This document shows positions 51,501 through 61,706 of a stretch of 64,000 nt of DNA, in pieces. The DNA lies in NCBI GenBank assembly GCA_002269645.1, contig NIVC01000907.1:248001-312000 (forward strand), read 5' to 3'. The first letter of the stretch is position 1; each line of letters begins with the position of its first letter. Position numbers and translations under genes: made by a program. A model generated the notes under the pieces. That model made no database searches. It was not told where the DNA came from and worked only from the letters and a program-made list of their open reading frames with translations. Source of the stretch: Macrostomum lignano. Its lineage: Eukaryota.

Positions 51501-54500
51501 TGAGATTATAAGATTTTGGTCATCTTTGTGGAATTGTGAGATTTTGATTTTCTTAATCTTTGTGATATTTTGAGATTTTCATAATCTTTGTGATATTTTG
51601 AGATTTTCATAATCTTTGTGATATGTTGAAACTTTGATCATGTGTGGGGTTTAAAGACTTTGGGATTATCTATGGGGCATTTTTGAGGACATCTGTGGAA
51701 CTTCCCAACAGTGGTCTGAGAGTTTGGACTGTGGGTGCGAGCTTCAATGTCAGTGTCAGAACACTCGCCGACTGCATAGCAACACGCTGCCTACTAATTA
51801 CGAACTGCAGGCCCGTTCCAATTCGAAGCCACCTTCGACGCCACCCGGGTCTGCGTTGAATTCAACTTTGCCGCGCCTGGCAGCCTGCCCGAAGTCCGCC
51901 TGCTGCCACAGACCGCGCAGTCGCTGCAGCCGGACCTCTGCTCCCAGCTCTCCGACGCCTTGAATGCCGCGGTGTACGAGACTTTCAGCCAGTTCAGCCA
52001 GGGCTTCGTTGGCCGGCAGAGAGACGCCAGGCTGGTTGAGAGCGGCCTCAGGGAGCTCGTGTCCTTCTGCGAGACCCTGCCGCCGTCTCACCTGCTGCCG
52101 AACCTGCTGCCCGATGACATTCTGGCTGGCCGGCGGGCCACCAGCCACCTGGGAGCGCCGGATTATAAGGTGATTCTCGGGAGTGATTCTCGGGAGTGAT
52201 TCTCGGGATTAATTCTCTGGGTGATTCTCAGGAGTGATTCTCTGGTTGATTCTTTAGGTGATTCTCCGGAGTGATTATCGGGAGTGATTCTCCGGGTGAT
52301 TTTGGGAGTGATTCTCGGGAGTGATTCTCGGGATTAATTCTCTGGGTGATTCTCAGGAGTGATTCTCTGGTTGATTCTTTAGGTGATTCTCCGGAGTGAT
52401 TATCGGGAGTGATTCTCCGGGTGATTTTGGGAGTGATTCTCGGGAGTGATTCTTGGAGTGATGATTATCGGGAGTGATTCTCTGGGTGATTCTGGGAGTG
52501 ATTTTTGGGAGTGATTCTCGGGAGTGGTTCTCGGGAGTGATTCTCGAGAGTGATTTTCAGGGGTGATTTTATGGGTGATTCTAGAGTTGGCTAATTTGAA
52601 CAGCAATTTAGAGCGAGTCTCAGAGGGACTGCTGTAATAACTGGGCAGCCTCAGCTCTGCCCTGACTCCATTTGTTTACCTCCGCTGCCCCCCCCCCCCA
52701 GCTCCCAGACCAGAACATCCCGTTCCCGCGCACCTGCGGCGCCAGATTCTCACCAGGCGGCGGAGTCTTGGTCTGCTTCTGCCGCTCCCAGCCGCCCAGG
52801 GAGGCCGCCGTCGGCTCGTCTGCCAGCACGCCGAGAGCCTTCAGCGAGTTGATCACCGCCATCGGGGGCGACCAGTTCGGCCTCAGCCTGCAGCGCCACG
52901 GCGTGGCGCACCGGCAGTCCCTGCACCACCACCTGCTGGCCTCTGCCGGCCAGTCCGCCGGCTCCGTTGCTGCAGCCGGCAAAGTCGGCGGCGTCGGCGG
53001 CGGGCCCGGCAACGTCGGCGGCGTCGGCGGCGGGCCCGGCAACGTCGGCGGAGGCGGCGTCAGCGGAGTTGGTTGCTGCAGCAGCCTGCTGCGGACTTTC
53101 TATAAGTGAGCCTTTGTTCTGTGCTGAGCAGCTATTCCAACTACTCTCAGATTCCTAAAAACTCTCCCAGATCCCTAAATACCCTCTCAGATCCCTCTCA
53201 GATTCCTAAATGCCCTCTCAGATCCCTAAATACCCTCCCAGATCTCCAACAACCCTCCCAGATCTCCAACAACCCTCCCAGATCCCTAACCATCCCCCCA
53301 GATCCCCAACCACCCTCCCAGATCCTCAATCTGATGAGGATTTTATCCCCTCGCTTACTATAAAATTCAATCATCAATCTCGCAGGCAGCTGGATGCCCG
53401 CGCCACGCGCACTCGCGGCGCCGTCAAGGACGGCAGCAGCGCCGGCCACCAGCGCCACCAGCGCCATCAGCACTGCGGCATTTCAGCCAGGGTGCAACTG
53501 CTGGATGTTGAGCGACTGTCTCCGGTGAGGGCCATCTTGCCACAGAGCTGTTAGTGTTTGCTTATTGCGAACTGCTAGCTGGGATCTGAATCGTGAGAAT
53601 AATAGACTCTCAGTCGCCATTGAAAGAGGGAATTTCGCTACCACAACCCGCCCCCAGGTGAGCCGCTCCCTGGCCCAGCGCTACCGCCTGTGGCCGGGCG
53701 ACTCGATCGCGGCCGCCTGCAGGCAGAACGCCGTCGAGGCCGCCGGCGTGTACGCCGATCGCCGGCCAGACGTTGTCGCCCTGTGGAGCGTCCTGGCCGC
53801 CCTGTCCGCGTCGCAGTTCGGCCCGTCAGCGGTGCCGGGCGAGGCCTGGCCCTGGCCAGTCGGGGTCCTCAACGAGAACCGCCTGCGCCGTCTGTTGGCC
53901 GGGCCGCAGCGACTCGGCGACGTGCAGACTCTGGGCATGGCCGCCTACTACCTGTCAGCTCTGCACTCCCGCTGGTGCGACTCCTTCCAGAAGCAGCTGG
54001 CCGTGCTCAAGCAGAAGCAGCAGCAGCCGCAGCATTTCCAATCGCAGACGTCCATCAGCTCGCTGCAGATTCCGGAACAGTCGGCCGGCAGCTACCAGCA
54101 GGTGTCCGGTCTGGGCGGCCGGACACTGTCAAGCAACACCGCGGCTTCCGGCGCTGCCATTGACGATGGCGAGGGCCTGGTAAGTTGGGCATCTTGAGCA
54201 AGGAGATTGCCTGCGTTATCTGGGGAATTGCATCGATAATGCCTGAAACAGTTACTGCTGGTGCATCTCAACGTCATCTCAAAATCATCTGGAGTATCAT
54301 CTCAAATCATCTCAAAATCATCTGGAGTGTCATCTCAAATCATCTGGAGTGTAATCTCAAATCATCTGGAATATCATCTCAAAATCATCTGGAATATCAT
54401 CTCAAAATCATCTGGAATATCATCTCAAAATCATCTGGAGTATCATCTCAAATCATCTCAAAATCATCTGGAGTGTCATCTCAAATCATCTGGAGTGTAA

Positions 54501-57500
54501 TCTCAAATCATCTGGAATATCATCTCAAAATCATCTCGAATATCATCTCAAAATCATCTGGAATATCATCTCAAAATCATCTGGAGTATCATCTCAAATC
54601 ATCTCAAAATCATCTGGAGTGTCATCTCAAATCATCTGGAGTGTCATCTCAAATAATCTGGAATATCATCTCAAAATCATCTGGAATATCATCTCTAAAT
54701 CATCTGGAGTATCATCTCAAAATCATCTGGAGTATCATCTCAAATCATCTCAAAATCATCTGGAGTATCATCTCAAATCATCTCAAAATCATCTGGAGTA
54801 TCATCTCAAATCATCTCAAAATCATCTGGAGTGTCATCTCAAATCATCTGGAGTGTCATCTCAAATCATCTCAAAATCATCTGGAGTGTCATCTCAAAAT
54901 CATCTGGAGTGTCATCTCAAATCATCTGGAGTGTAATCTCAAAATCATCTGGAATATCATCTCAAATCATCTGGAGTATCATCTCAAATCATCTCAAAAT
55001 CATCTGGAGTATCATCTCAAATCATCTCAAAATCATCTGGAGTATCATCTCAAATCATCTCAAAATCATCTGGAGTGTCATCTCAAATCATCTGGAGTGT
55101 AATCTCAAATCATCTGGAATATCATCTCAAAATCATCTGGAATATCATCTCAAAATCATCTGGAGTATCATCTCAAATCATCTGGAATATCATCTCAAAA
55201 TCATCTGGAATATCATCTCAAAATCATCTGGAATATCATCTCAAAATCATCTGGAATATCATCTCAAAATCATCTGGAATATCATCTCAAAATAATTTGA
55301 AACTTGGTCTCACAATTTAACATAAACTTTTGCCGACATGTATCGATAGTTATTATACCGTGCGCATATTTATAATTCGGCTGGTTGCTGGCGCAGGCGA
55401 TTCCAATTATCCAGCGGAAGCAGCGGCAAATATCGTTCAACTTGAACTTGCACCCCCCGGCCGCCAGTCTGACTACTCTGGAGTCGCCCAATGGCACATC
55501 GGTGATTGTGCTTAGCGCCAGTTTGTGTGCGTGGCAACCCGTGCTTATGCGATTTAATTCAGAGCATTTTTTACTTATTAACATTTAATTCCGGTAGCAA
55601 TGTTCGTTTCAGCCTACTGATAATCGTTAATAGTAGAAACAAATGCGTTTTAGGCCTAAAATTACACATGAAAATTAGCGACATGATAAGATGTTTATTT
55701 TTTCTGTTTTTTGTGCAATGATCTCAAATTCACGCCAACGCTGCTGAGTCAGCCTTCGCTTCGAATCGGTGAGTTTGCCCAGTGTCAGGCCATTATAACC
55801 CTGCCGCCCAAATTTTACCTGCTACGATTGATTAAATTATCGATTTTCGGATCAATATGCCGTCTTTAGCGGAATGATTTTCCACCACTGATCGTGGCTT
55901 CAATTTTATAGCCTCTGAAAATTATTGCACTTTGTCATTATAAAATTTAATGATTCTCATATTTTTTGCTAATTGCTTCAACTGCACTACCGCTTACTGT
56001 AAGTAGTGTATGCCGGGTCCCGCTAACTTCAATAGCCAATTAATGCTAAATATTGCAGCACCCGGACCACTACCAAACCATGCCTGCCGCTCTGGCGGCC
56101 AAGTCAAACCTGGGTAGGTTGGCGTCAGTTCTGTTGCTATGCAAATTTGGCTGCCAGGCTCTGGGTCTGTCAGAGAGACTCAAACTGTTTCATTTTTCTT
56201 TCTTTCTGTTCCTAATCGCTGAGCTTTGAGCTGCTGCACTGATTTCCCGTTATAATTTACCAGGCGTCTTGAGCTGCCTGAATAAAGTTATTTACCTTCA
56301 GTCTCTGCGCTCTCATGCCTGCATTAGGAATCGCCCCTAATCTCCACCAACAATCGCTCCTAATCTCCACCAACAATTGCCCCTTATCTCCACCAAGAAT
56401 CACCCCTAATCTCCACCAAGAATCACCCCGTATCTCCACCAAGAATCACCCCTAATCTCCACCAAGAATCACCCCTGATCTCCACCAAGAATCACCCCTA
56501 ATCTCCACCAAGAATCACCCCTGATCTCCACCAAGAATCACCCCTAATCTCCACCAAGAATCACCCCTGATCTCCACCAAGAATCACCCCTAATCTCCAC
56601 CAAGAATCACCCTTAATCTCCACCAACAATCGCCCCTAATCTCCACCAAAATCTGCCCTTAATCTCCACCAAGAATCGCCCCAAATCTCCACCAACAATC
56701 GCCCCTAATCTCCACCACCAATCGCTCCTAATCTCCACCAAGAATCACCCCTGATCTCCACCAAGAATCACCCCTAATCTCCACCAAGAATCACCCCTGA
56801 TCTCCACCAAGAATCACCCCTAATCTCCACCAAGAATCACCCCTAATCTCCACCAAGAATCACCCCTGATCTCCACCAAGAATCACCCCTAATCTCCACC
56901 AAGAATCACCCCTGATCTCCACCAAGAATCACCCCTAATCTCCACCAAGAATCACCCCTAATCTCCACCAACAATCGCCCCTAATCTCCACCAACAATCG
57001 CTCCTAATCTCCACCAACAATCGCCCCTAATCTCCACCAACAATCGCCCCTAATCTCCACCAACAATCGCCCTTAATCTCCACCAACAATCGCTCCTAAT
57101 CTCCACCAACAATCGCCCCTAATCTCCACCAACAATCGCCCCTAATCTCCACCAACAATCGCCCCTAATCTCCACCAAAAATCGCTCCTAATCTCCACCA
57201 AGAATCGCCCCTAATCTCCACCAACAATCGCTCCTAATCTCCACCAAGAATCGCCCCAAATCTCCACCAACAATCGCCCCTAATCTCCACCACCAATCGC
57301 TCCTAATCTCCACCAAGAATGGTAGCGTTAATCCCAATCCTAACCTTGGCCTTCAAACTGAAAAGCGACACTAATAGAGTAAACAGAGTGCCAGTTCCTG
57401 TTGTGTTAAAAAATGACTGATATTTAGATTTTTTATAATGTTAAAAAATTGCTGCACTACTTAGATCTGGGAGTAGTATCTACTGACTGCTTTTAAGTTT

Positions 57501-57778
57501 CCTATGACTCGTAGCACTCACTTTTAATCGCATGATTTTGTGTTGTTTGACTAACCTAAACTTCACATTTTTACGCTGCTGTATATAGCTCGTATTCTTC
57601 GTACTCACTTGCACTAATATCAATATTTTGCCCGCATTGTCACCGCCTTCTCTCCCTGTCATAAATAAGACTGTCACAGATTGCAGCGTGGGTAAGTTGG
57701 TGTGCACTGTTAGCTGAGTGCGTGTCTGCATCCTTCGGTGCTGTGCCCGGTGTCTAGCTTTAGCTGAATTTCTGTCTA

Positions 57779-57857
<79 letters not shown>

Positions 57858-57878
57858 GTCTGTCTGCCTGTCTTTCTC

Positions 57879-57913
<35 letters not shown>

Positions 57914-57930
57914 GTCTGCCTGTCTTTCTC

Positions 57931-57965
<35 letters not shown>

Positions 57966-57982
57966 GTCTGCCTGTCTTTCTC

Positions 57983-58081
<99 letters not shown>

Positions 58082-58098
58082 GTCTGCCTGTCTTTCTC

Positions 58099-58185
<87 letters not shown>

Positions 58186-58202
58186 GTCTGCCTGTCTTTC
58201 TC

Positions 58203-58275
<73 letters not shown>

Positions 58276-58284
58276 TTCTCTTTC

Positions 58285-58318
<34 letters not shown>

Positions 58319-60245
58319 AATCCGTGTCAATCTCAGCTGGTCCTTAATCTCGAGCTCCCGCTATGCTGCTGCGCTCGCGCTACTTGTTATTTCCTGCTTT
58401 TTGCCCTGCCTTCTAGTCTGCAAAATGCCAGTATCAGTCGCCGTCAGTGCAGATTGGTGGGCGCATTTTTATTATCTTCAAACTGTATTATCACGGTACT
58501 TTTCTAAACACACTACTGACTGGCTATTTTCAGTAGCCATGTTTCGACAATAGTTCAATGCGCAGTACCGGTTGAAATTAAATCTTTTCTCGCACAAATC
58601 TGACCGTTTCAGCCTCCATCGCCCGCTTGAACCAGCAGTCATCGCGGGTCAAGTCCGTCTCCGACAATGATGTGCGAACCCCGGTTGAACCCCCTGCTAG
58701 TCTGGAGAGCGACACCATCATGCGGCACTTTGAGCACTCCAGGTTTGAGTGCCTTGCTGATTGTAATCCCATTATCCCACACTCTATACAGTGACCCCAC
58801 ACTACATTGATCTCACACCCTATAGTGTGATCCCACACTACAGTGGTCCCACTCCCTATACAGTGACCCCACACTACAGTGATCCCACACCCTATACAGT
58901 GACCCCACTCCCTATACAGTGACCCCACACTACAGTAGTCCCACTCCCTATACAGTGACCCCACACTACAGTGATCCCACACCCTATACAGTGACCCCAC
59001 TCCCTATACAGTGACCCCACACTACAGTAGTCCCACTCCCTATACAGTGACCCCACACTACAGTGATCCCACTCCCTATACAGTGACCCCACACTACAGT
59101 GGTCCCACACCCTATACAGTGACCCCACACTACAGTGATCCCACACCCTATACAGTGACCCCACACTACAGTGATCCCACTCCCTATACAGTGACCCCAC
59201 ACTACACTGATCCCACACCCTATACAGTGACCCCACACTACAGTGGTCCCACACCCTATACAGTGACCCCACACTACACTGATCCCACACCCTATACAGT
59301 GACCCCACACTACAGTGGTCCCACACCCTATACAGTGACCCCACACTACAGTGATCCCACACCCTATACAGTGACCCCACACTACACTGATCCCACACCC
59401 TATACAGTGACCCCACACTACAGTGGTCCCACACCCTATACAGTGACCCCACACTACACTGATCCCACACCCTATACAGTGACCCCACACTACAGTGGTC
59501 CCACACCCTATACAGTGACCCCACACTACAGTGATCCCACACCCTATACAGTGACCCCACACTACAGTGGTCCCACACCCTATACAGTGACCCCACACTA
59601 CAGTGGTCCCATACCCTATACAGTGACCCCACACTACAGTGATCCTACGGTAATAACACGCCCTAAAATCACATCCTAAAGTAATCCCACACCCTCCAGT
59701 ACTCCCACACCCTACAATAATCCCACACCCCAAAAAATCCCACACCCTACAAATAATCCCACACCCTCCAATAATCCCACCATCCCCACCGCCGCAGGCT
59801 GCTGAACAGCCGCCTGGCCCGCCTCATCAACAGTCACCTGACGCGGTACTCCAGCCTGCTGTACAGCTGGGGCCTGCACGAGGCCCGGGCGCAGCTGCTC
59901 AAGCAGTGGGTGTTCAGCGTGGACTTGGACCCGGCGTCCATTTCCCCGGCCAGCCAGCCGCAGCCGCAGCCGCAGCACCCGTCGCCTCATGTTCAACTGC
60001 AGCTGGCCTGCCATCGCTGCGGCCGCCGCGGTCCCTGCGACTCCTGCCGCTCATTGGCCGCCGCCAGCAGCGGCTTCCGCATCGCCTGCTCGGTCTGCTG
60101 GCGGCCAACCAGCGGCCTCCTGCTGGTGTGCCTGGCGTGCGGCCATGGCGGCCACCCGGACCACCTGCGCTCCTGGTTCCGGGCTGGCCGGCTGGAATGC
60201 CCGGCCGCCTGCGGCTGCGTTTGCACTTCTTCTACTCTGCGTTGA
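30599..60245 (+). CDS. WDR59: GATOR2 subunit WDR59 (WD40, RWD, C-terminal RING); intron 3 carries the Polinton
   Basis: Exons 30599-30705, 30794-30932, 32609-32767, 49679-50091, 50463-51223, 51811-52169, 52702-53105, 53386-53524, 53658-54179, linker exons at 55.4-57.7 kb (uncertain), 58613-58742 and 59798-60245. Motifs [90 protein letters not shown]...CPAACGCVC. Confidence 0.92.
31085..32575. repeat. 34-bp minisatellite with higher-order blocks in WDR59 intron 2
   Basis: GATCCCATCATCCAGGTGTTAATCTCCAATTAGA. The variant block CTACGTGTCAATC...CCAGGTAAAA recurs at about 31227, 31520 and 32085. Confidence 0.92.
32931..33331 (+). repeat. Left TIR of the Polinton (with internal ~80-bp sub-repeats)
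   Basis: Reverse complement of 49247-49648. By eye only 2 substitutions and 2 homopolymer length differences. Confidence 0.95.
33384..33623 (+). CDS. 79-aa orphan ORF with resemblance to the RNase T2 C-terminal half (catalytic residues altered)
   Basis: AAAAATG start like the other element genes. [11 protein letters not shown]...PN...[10 protein letters not shown]...DSYYNFA resembles the RNase T2 M-x-x-YWP...FWxHEWxKHG...YF pattern. Judged by eye only. Confidence 0.4.
   Translation: MFPVVSPGSYYTQPNPLYKSKYQCKLECSEYMRKYWPGIDINVPNINLALQRHWFHKYGVTYVKDYDSYYNFAEVIRQL
33685..34550 (-). CDS. Minor capsid (penton) protein, split by one frameshift near 33990-34065
   Basis: ORFs 33987-34550 and 33685-33999 overlap in the -1 frame. 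[38 protein letters not shown] and C-terminal [13 protein letters not shown] are typical Polinton penton motifs. Confidence 0.75.
34573..35867 (-). CDS. Major capsid (double jelly-roll, hexon) protein, about 431 aa after correcting one A-run frameshift at 34762-34766
   Basis: DDSTIKAT...[44 protein letters not shown]. The shifted frame continues [11 protein letters not shown]...to TGA at 34573. Confidence 0.85.
35896..37123 (+). CDS. Conserved Polinton accessory protein with a Q/P-rich insert (PZ/Oncoid-like C-terminus), frameshift in an A-run near 36385-36414
   Basis: ORFs 35896-36447 and 36458-37123 join across the A8/A6 runs. The C-terminus [21 protein letters not shown]...[15 protein letters not shown] resembles the Polinton motif RLxLLxxxxxAGN..EIxxIxxEL. 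Confidence 0.6.
37140..37520 (+). CDS. Small basic putative core protein with adenain-type Gly-x-Gly sites, 126 aa
   Basis: AAAAATG at 37140. Contains KRGSG/L, RSGNG/P and terminal KKGGG/F. Confidence 0.55.
   Translation: MPLIFEKDIDKYYDKEELNLIKRGSGLFPAGHYPRKERSGNGPADLIAQGAKIFKVIGENKENIKNVAEAAGSVVTAAKKIKDTVHETRKSIPDIQPLAPSADSVDPAIYAKMRAEYKKGGGFKFD
37675..38475 (+). CDS. A32/FtsK-like DNA packaging ATPase
   Basis: Walker A GSSGSGKT, Walker [26 protein letters not shown]. Confidence 0.95.
   Translation: MDFTNDFHPHWTRNQIKFAHNEIIPGHFRCIVVGSSGSGKTFRVFNMLLRPGFLDYDTLHIYSPTLYQDEYKMLVAGLQNKLNKEDIIQCFRHQKDLNSNPEVVATEYAKHIPDNEKWQNIKVFTYGDPQIDPKTKLLPQPDELEKGRKHLIVFDDCMTGPQKQIENYFTRGRHNNCNVIYIAQNWFELPNKTIRGNCNLILLFPTIPQDRLKRFYNEVIAPAHITYPAKNSNRTISQEEFVNICYEKWNQPYQFVMINKEKRILL
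38492..39301 (+). CDS. Coiled-coil protein of unknown function with an 84-nt internal duplication
   Basis: 269-aa ORF with AAAAAAATG start. NT(A/G)[21 protein letters not shown] occurs twice. Confidence 0.65.
   Translation: MSINFAGESTTGNSTLTTSFLDKRYINTDEEIPEIKLNKNRLKALERSMHQLQINMEDLRLKVARQKFESDKLYVPLLNATNELRSEITSIVSLINGLRSTVNLLGNSTDRRMRILEGGVFTNTAKVNNLEEFMNQSTALHDRIKENVATNTGKVNNLEEFMNQSTALHDRIKERLEALKRKDVSHSSYLNGMYSSWGKIIRRLDRLERTLNLRDIAIDEAESTARPVMSTDRVEGALDPAGVIRHALKRQPPSRCLLDSRSSGVTRAA
39393..40096 (+). CDS. GasderminX-like membrane protein, one A-run frameshift at 39588-39593
   Basis: LYPVI...FRLVEIKK joins MRDDLE...RYN, followed by a long small-residue hydrophobic stretch ([32 protein letters not shown]) and [15 protein letters not shown], the pattern of adintovirus GasderminX (from memory). 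Confidence 0.7.
40101..40502 (-). CDS. Adenain-like cysteine maturation protease
   Basis: [14 protein letters not shown] (His), YFDSYG (Asp), LQ...SDICGELC (Gln, Cys). Confidence 0.95.
   Translation of the reverse strand: MTTNNFLEDLANELEIPNFRGIFMRDTLPDFPLRKECGIMNFDTTDKPGSHWVCWVIDPDRKHKCYYFDSYGTAVPEELRNYMKGKNNKKIYRSDFILQGLSSDICGELCMTVLYAMTKTRKTYKEIIRTCVS
40556..44400 (-). CDS. Protein-primed family B DNA polymerase (pPolB) with embedded endonuclease-VII-like zinc finger; five homopolymer frameshifts
   Basis: [114 protein letters not shown]. Frameshifts at about 43630 (T7), 42985, 42560, 41927 (C5) and 40662. Confidence 0.96.
44525..44989 (-). CDS. Adenovirus pX-like virion protein
   Basis: [28 protein letters not shown] closely parallels adenovirus pX (RGG/ILPLLIPLIAAAIGA). 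Confidence 0.7.
   Translation of the reverse strand: MTKIETRTINKLNKIIESKKPGLISIKGAKVKIDPVQQIVQCNEQRHSITNEKSGGILPLAALIPIIAGAVSAAGGVAGGVATAVKAGNDRAHQLELQKIARDKGITIKAGEGCRDFDDCDDHDDCEHQNSVSKSDIVKAIMTLHNAGFTIMRM
45006..46040 (-). CDS. Retroviral-type (rve, DDE) integrase
   Basis: HQADLLFL (D), [22 protein letters not shown] (D), [11 protein letters not shown] (E). Uninterrupted 344 aa. Confidence 0.96.
   Translation of the reverse strand: MTDQKLKKLYYSDKGFFVGKNAVSKLMELSKEPKATVEKWLSKQAVFQVYFPPVKFERPHFSIYKPNEAHQADLLFLPNDSGYKYALTITDIASRYKEARPLKTKQSEAVAAALQDIYKNSPLSYPEIFMTDPGKEFMGAVKSLMEKKNTKIRYGRTDLHRDQAYVERFNLTLAKRLFTKQTAQELKLSAGQYYTKWTERLPTVIEQLNNEVTRMTGLKPSHAIKQDTVKLKASHRTDNKHNTHNTHNTKHTSNYPKLPRVESPYILTNSEFLRFLYLPGELEKDTKRRATDPYFSLDVHKIDRHFTSDSGEYYFLSQAFNPKSPTRSFTRAELLVIPADTEIN
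46070..46540 (+). CDS. Parvovirus-type phospholipase A2 (PLA2X)
   Basis: [11 protein letters not shown] Ca-loop region, [17 protein letters not shown] catalytic HDxxY, KTKLGLG. Confidence 0.9.
   Translation: MQRSGGKIDSHGLIEKLPHPNKGWTVPGYKYCGPLNPLEIQLDGYNNPNPGHEPVNELDSVCMWHDVKYRDFPEEKNRWDKEMLRRLDNMGTSSGFRESIARKLVKAVIFGKTKLGLGMYAEGGCLGREGGCTGREGGRSGVGFILHAPSEVLGNC
46897..47195 (-). mobile_element. tRNA-derived SINE with a Deu/Nin-like core, nested in the Polinton
   Basis: tRNA-like head with A/B boxes, core TGAGCAAGGCACTT...CACCCAGCTGTAAAATGGGT, (TTA)n tail, 7-bp TSD CGTAGGT at 46890-46896 and 47196-47202. Confidence 0.88.
47370..48270. repeat. Array of five 41-bp imperfect palindromes in the non-coding part of the Polinton
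   Basis: CACCTCAGAAAATGAAACC-NNT-GGTTTCAAATTTTGAGGTG starts at 47370, 47641, 47756, 48059 and 48230. Confidence 0.9.
48368..48990 (-). pseudogene. Disrupted orphan ORF of about 200 codons
   Basis: ATG at 48990, in-frame TAA at 48879-48877, ORF 48849-48553, then a -1 frame continuation ([13 protein letters not shown]...LDEGLLF) to 48368. No family recognised. Confidence 0.45.
49247..49648 (-). repeat. Right TIR of the Polinton
   Basis: Matches 32931-33331. A further ~50-bp segment (about 49187-49237) matches left arm 33598-33648. Confidence 0.95.
50164..50365. repeat. 44-bp tandem repeat (5 copies) carrying the TCGATACATATCGG motif
   Basis: AAGTTACTATCGATACATATCGGC... at 50164, 50208, 50252, 50296 and about 50340. 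Confidence 0.9.
51230..51640. repeat. About 30-bp intronic minisatellite (GAGATTTTGAGACTTTAGGATTGTCTTTGT)
   Basis: Starts at the splice donor at 51224. Confidence 0.85.
52170..52580. repeat. 13-bp intronic minisatellite (GGGAGTGATTCTC)
   Basis: The first unit overlaps the GTGATT donor at 52170. Confidence 0.88.
53135..53330. repeat. 20-bp intronic minisatellite (CTCCCAGATCCCTAAATACC)
   Basis: Degenerate tandem copies. Confidence 0.8.
54270..55290. repeat. Compound TCATCTCAAA / TCATCTGGAGTA satellite
   Basis: 1-kb array of two 10-12-bp modules. Confidence 0.92.
56325..57320. repeat. 23-bp minisatellite (AATCTCCACCAAGAATCACCCCT)
   Basis: 1-kb array. Confidence 0.95.
57775..58317. repeat. 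(TCTG)n microsatellite
   Basis: Interrupted by (TC)n. Confidence 0.95.
58775..59780. repeat. 36-bp minisatellite (CACACTACAGTGATCCCACACCCTATACAGTGACCC)
   Basis: In the last WDR59 intron. Confidence 0.95.
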
Positions 60246-61009
60246 TACGGCGATGGCTTGTAAATGTTTTCTATACATATCGGTAGATTGGTGTAACTAT
60301 TCTTGGTTAGAAAAGAACTGCTTTCGATACATATCGGCTTAGATGCTGATTCCATTCCGTGGCCTTAATAGTGTATCAATTCACTTACATAGAAATTTAC
60401 TTTCGATACATGTCGGTAAATAGAGTAAATAATTCAGGCAAAGAAGTTTCCTGTGTCATTCATTCATCTAGCAAAATTACTCAATCTCGCTATAGATTTT
60501 AATAGTTCAATTGTTGCTGTAAATATAGGTCTCAATTGAGCTTCCCTGCCTGCCTCTCTTGAACAATTGTGCCCCTTGGATTCCTTGATTTTGTGCTCGC
60601 GAGTTCACTTGGATTGTTCCCACATTCTCTGCGTGTTATGCAGTAGTACACTATAGGCTACTAATTTATATTTACTATGAAAATGTTCCACTATGCTCTC
60701 GGTGTTTCTCTTTGTACTTTTAATTAGTTTGTTCACAAATACTTTTTGCATAATTCTTGTGTGTTATACATGGCCTTTAATTTTGACAATATCTGGTCGA
60801 CTTTCAGCAAGCAGTATTCTTTGTACTTCTGTTCCATTGTGCTCTAATGTCTAGACAAGTGATTTGCGTCTCTGATGCTTCTGTGATGCTGCATCTAATT
60901 GAATAAAATGCCCGCCTTTCACCGCTTTGCTCACTGACAAAAACCGCCTCTTATTGTTTTCTCACTCATTAGTTTGATTCTTGGAAGCTTTGTGAGTGCT
61001 GGTCTGTCA

Positions 61010-61430
61010 CTAGGCAGTGCACGCACTGTCTGTCACTTGGCAGTGGTAGTTTGATTCTTGGAAGCTTTGTGAGTGCTGGTCTGTCACTAGGCAGTGCACG
61101 CACTGTCTGTCACTTGGCAGTGCACGCACTGTCTGTCACTAGGCAGTGCACACACTGTCACTAGGCAGTGCACACACTGTCTGTCACTTGGCAGTGCACA
61201 CACTGTCTGTCACTAGGCAGTGCGCACACTGTCTGTCACTAGGCAGTGCACGCACTGTCTGTCCCTAGGCAGTGCACGCACTGTCTGTCACTTGGCAGTG
61301 CACACACTGTCTGTCACTAGGCAGTGCACACACTGTCACTAGGCAGTGCACACACTGTCTGTCACTAGGCAGTGCACACACTGTCACTAGGCAGTGCACA
61401 CACTGTCTGTCACTAGGCAGTGCACACACT
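61010..61430. repeat. 26-bp intergenic minisatellite (GTCACTAGGCAGTGCACACACTGTCT)
   Basis: Between WDR59 and FAM177A1. Confidence 0.9.
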
Positions 61431-61499
61431 GAACTGAGTGTCCGCTCTCATTAGCGTTGTATTGCGCATGTCCCAGTCTGCGCGTTCGACCCCAAATTA

Positions 61500-61578
61500 A
61501 CGCGGCTAGCGTCGCGGATTCGAACCCGAGACCTTTGGCGCCACAGTCGGACGCGTTTACCGCTAGGCCACGGATCCC
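61500..61578 (-). pseudogene. tRNA(His/GTG)-like sequence, probably a SINE head or pseudogene
   Basis: A box TGGCCTAGCGG, B box GGTTCGAATCC, GTG in loop position, but acceptor and anticodon stems pair poorly. Confidence 0.55.
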
Positions 61579-61706
61579 CTCTCGTGTCCAGCTCCGCTAT
61601 TCCTTTTATTACACTCGTACGTGACGGACTAACAATTGATAAAACCTTCAAGGCCAATTGATAAGCCCGTCTGATGTTCCCAATTTTCAGCTTGACTGAC
61701 TGACTG

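Noticed and set aside
54185-59745. Repeat-derived ORFs (SSGISSQ, TDRQ, VWGHCIG, TPHYS)
   Set aside because: All arise from intronic mini- and microsatellites of WDR59.
61500-61578. Functional tRNA-His
   Set aside because: Acceptor, D and anticodon stems do not pair properly.
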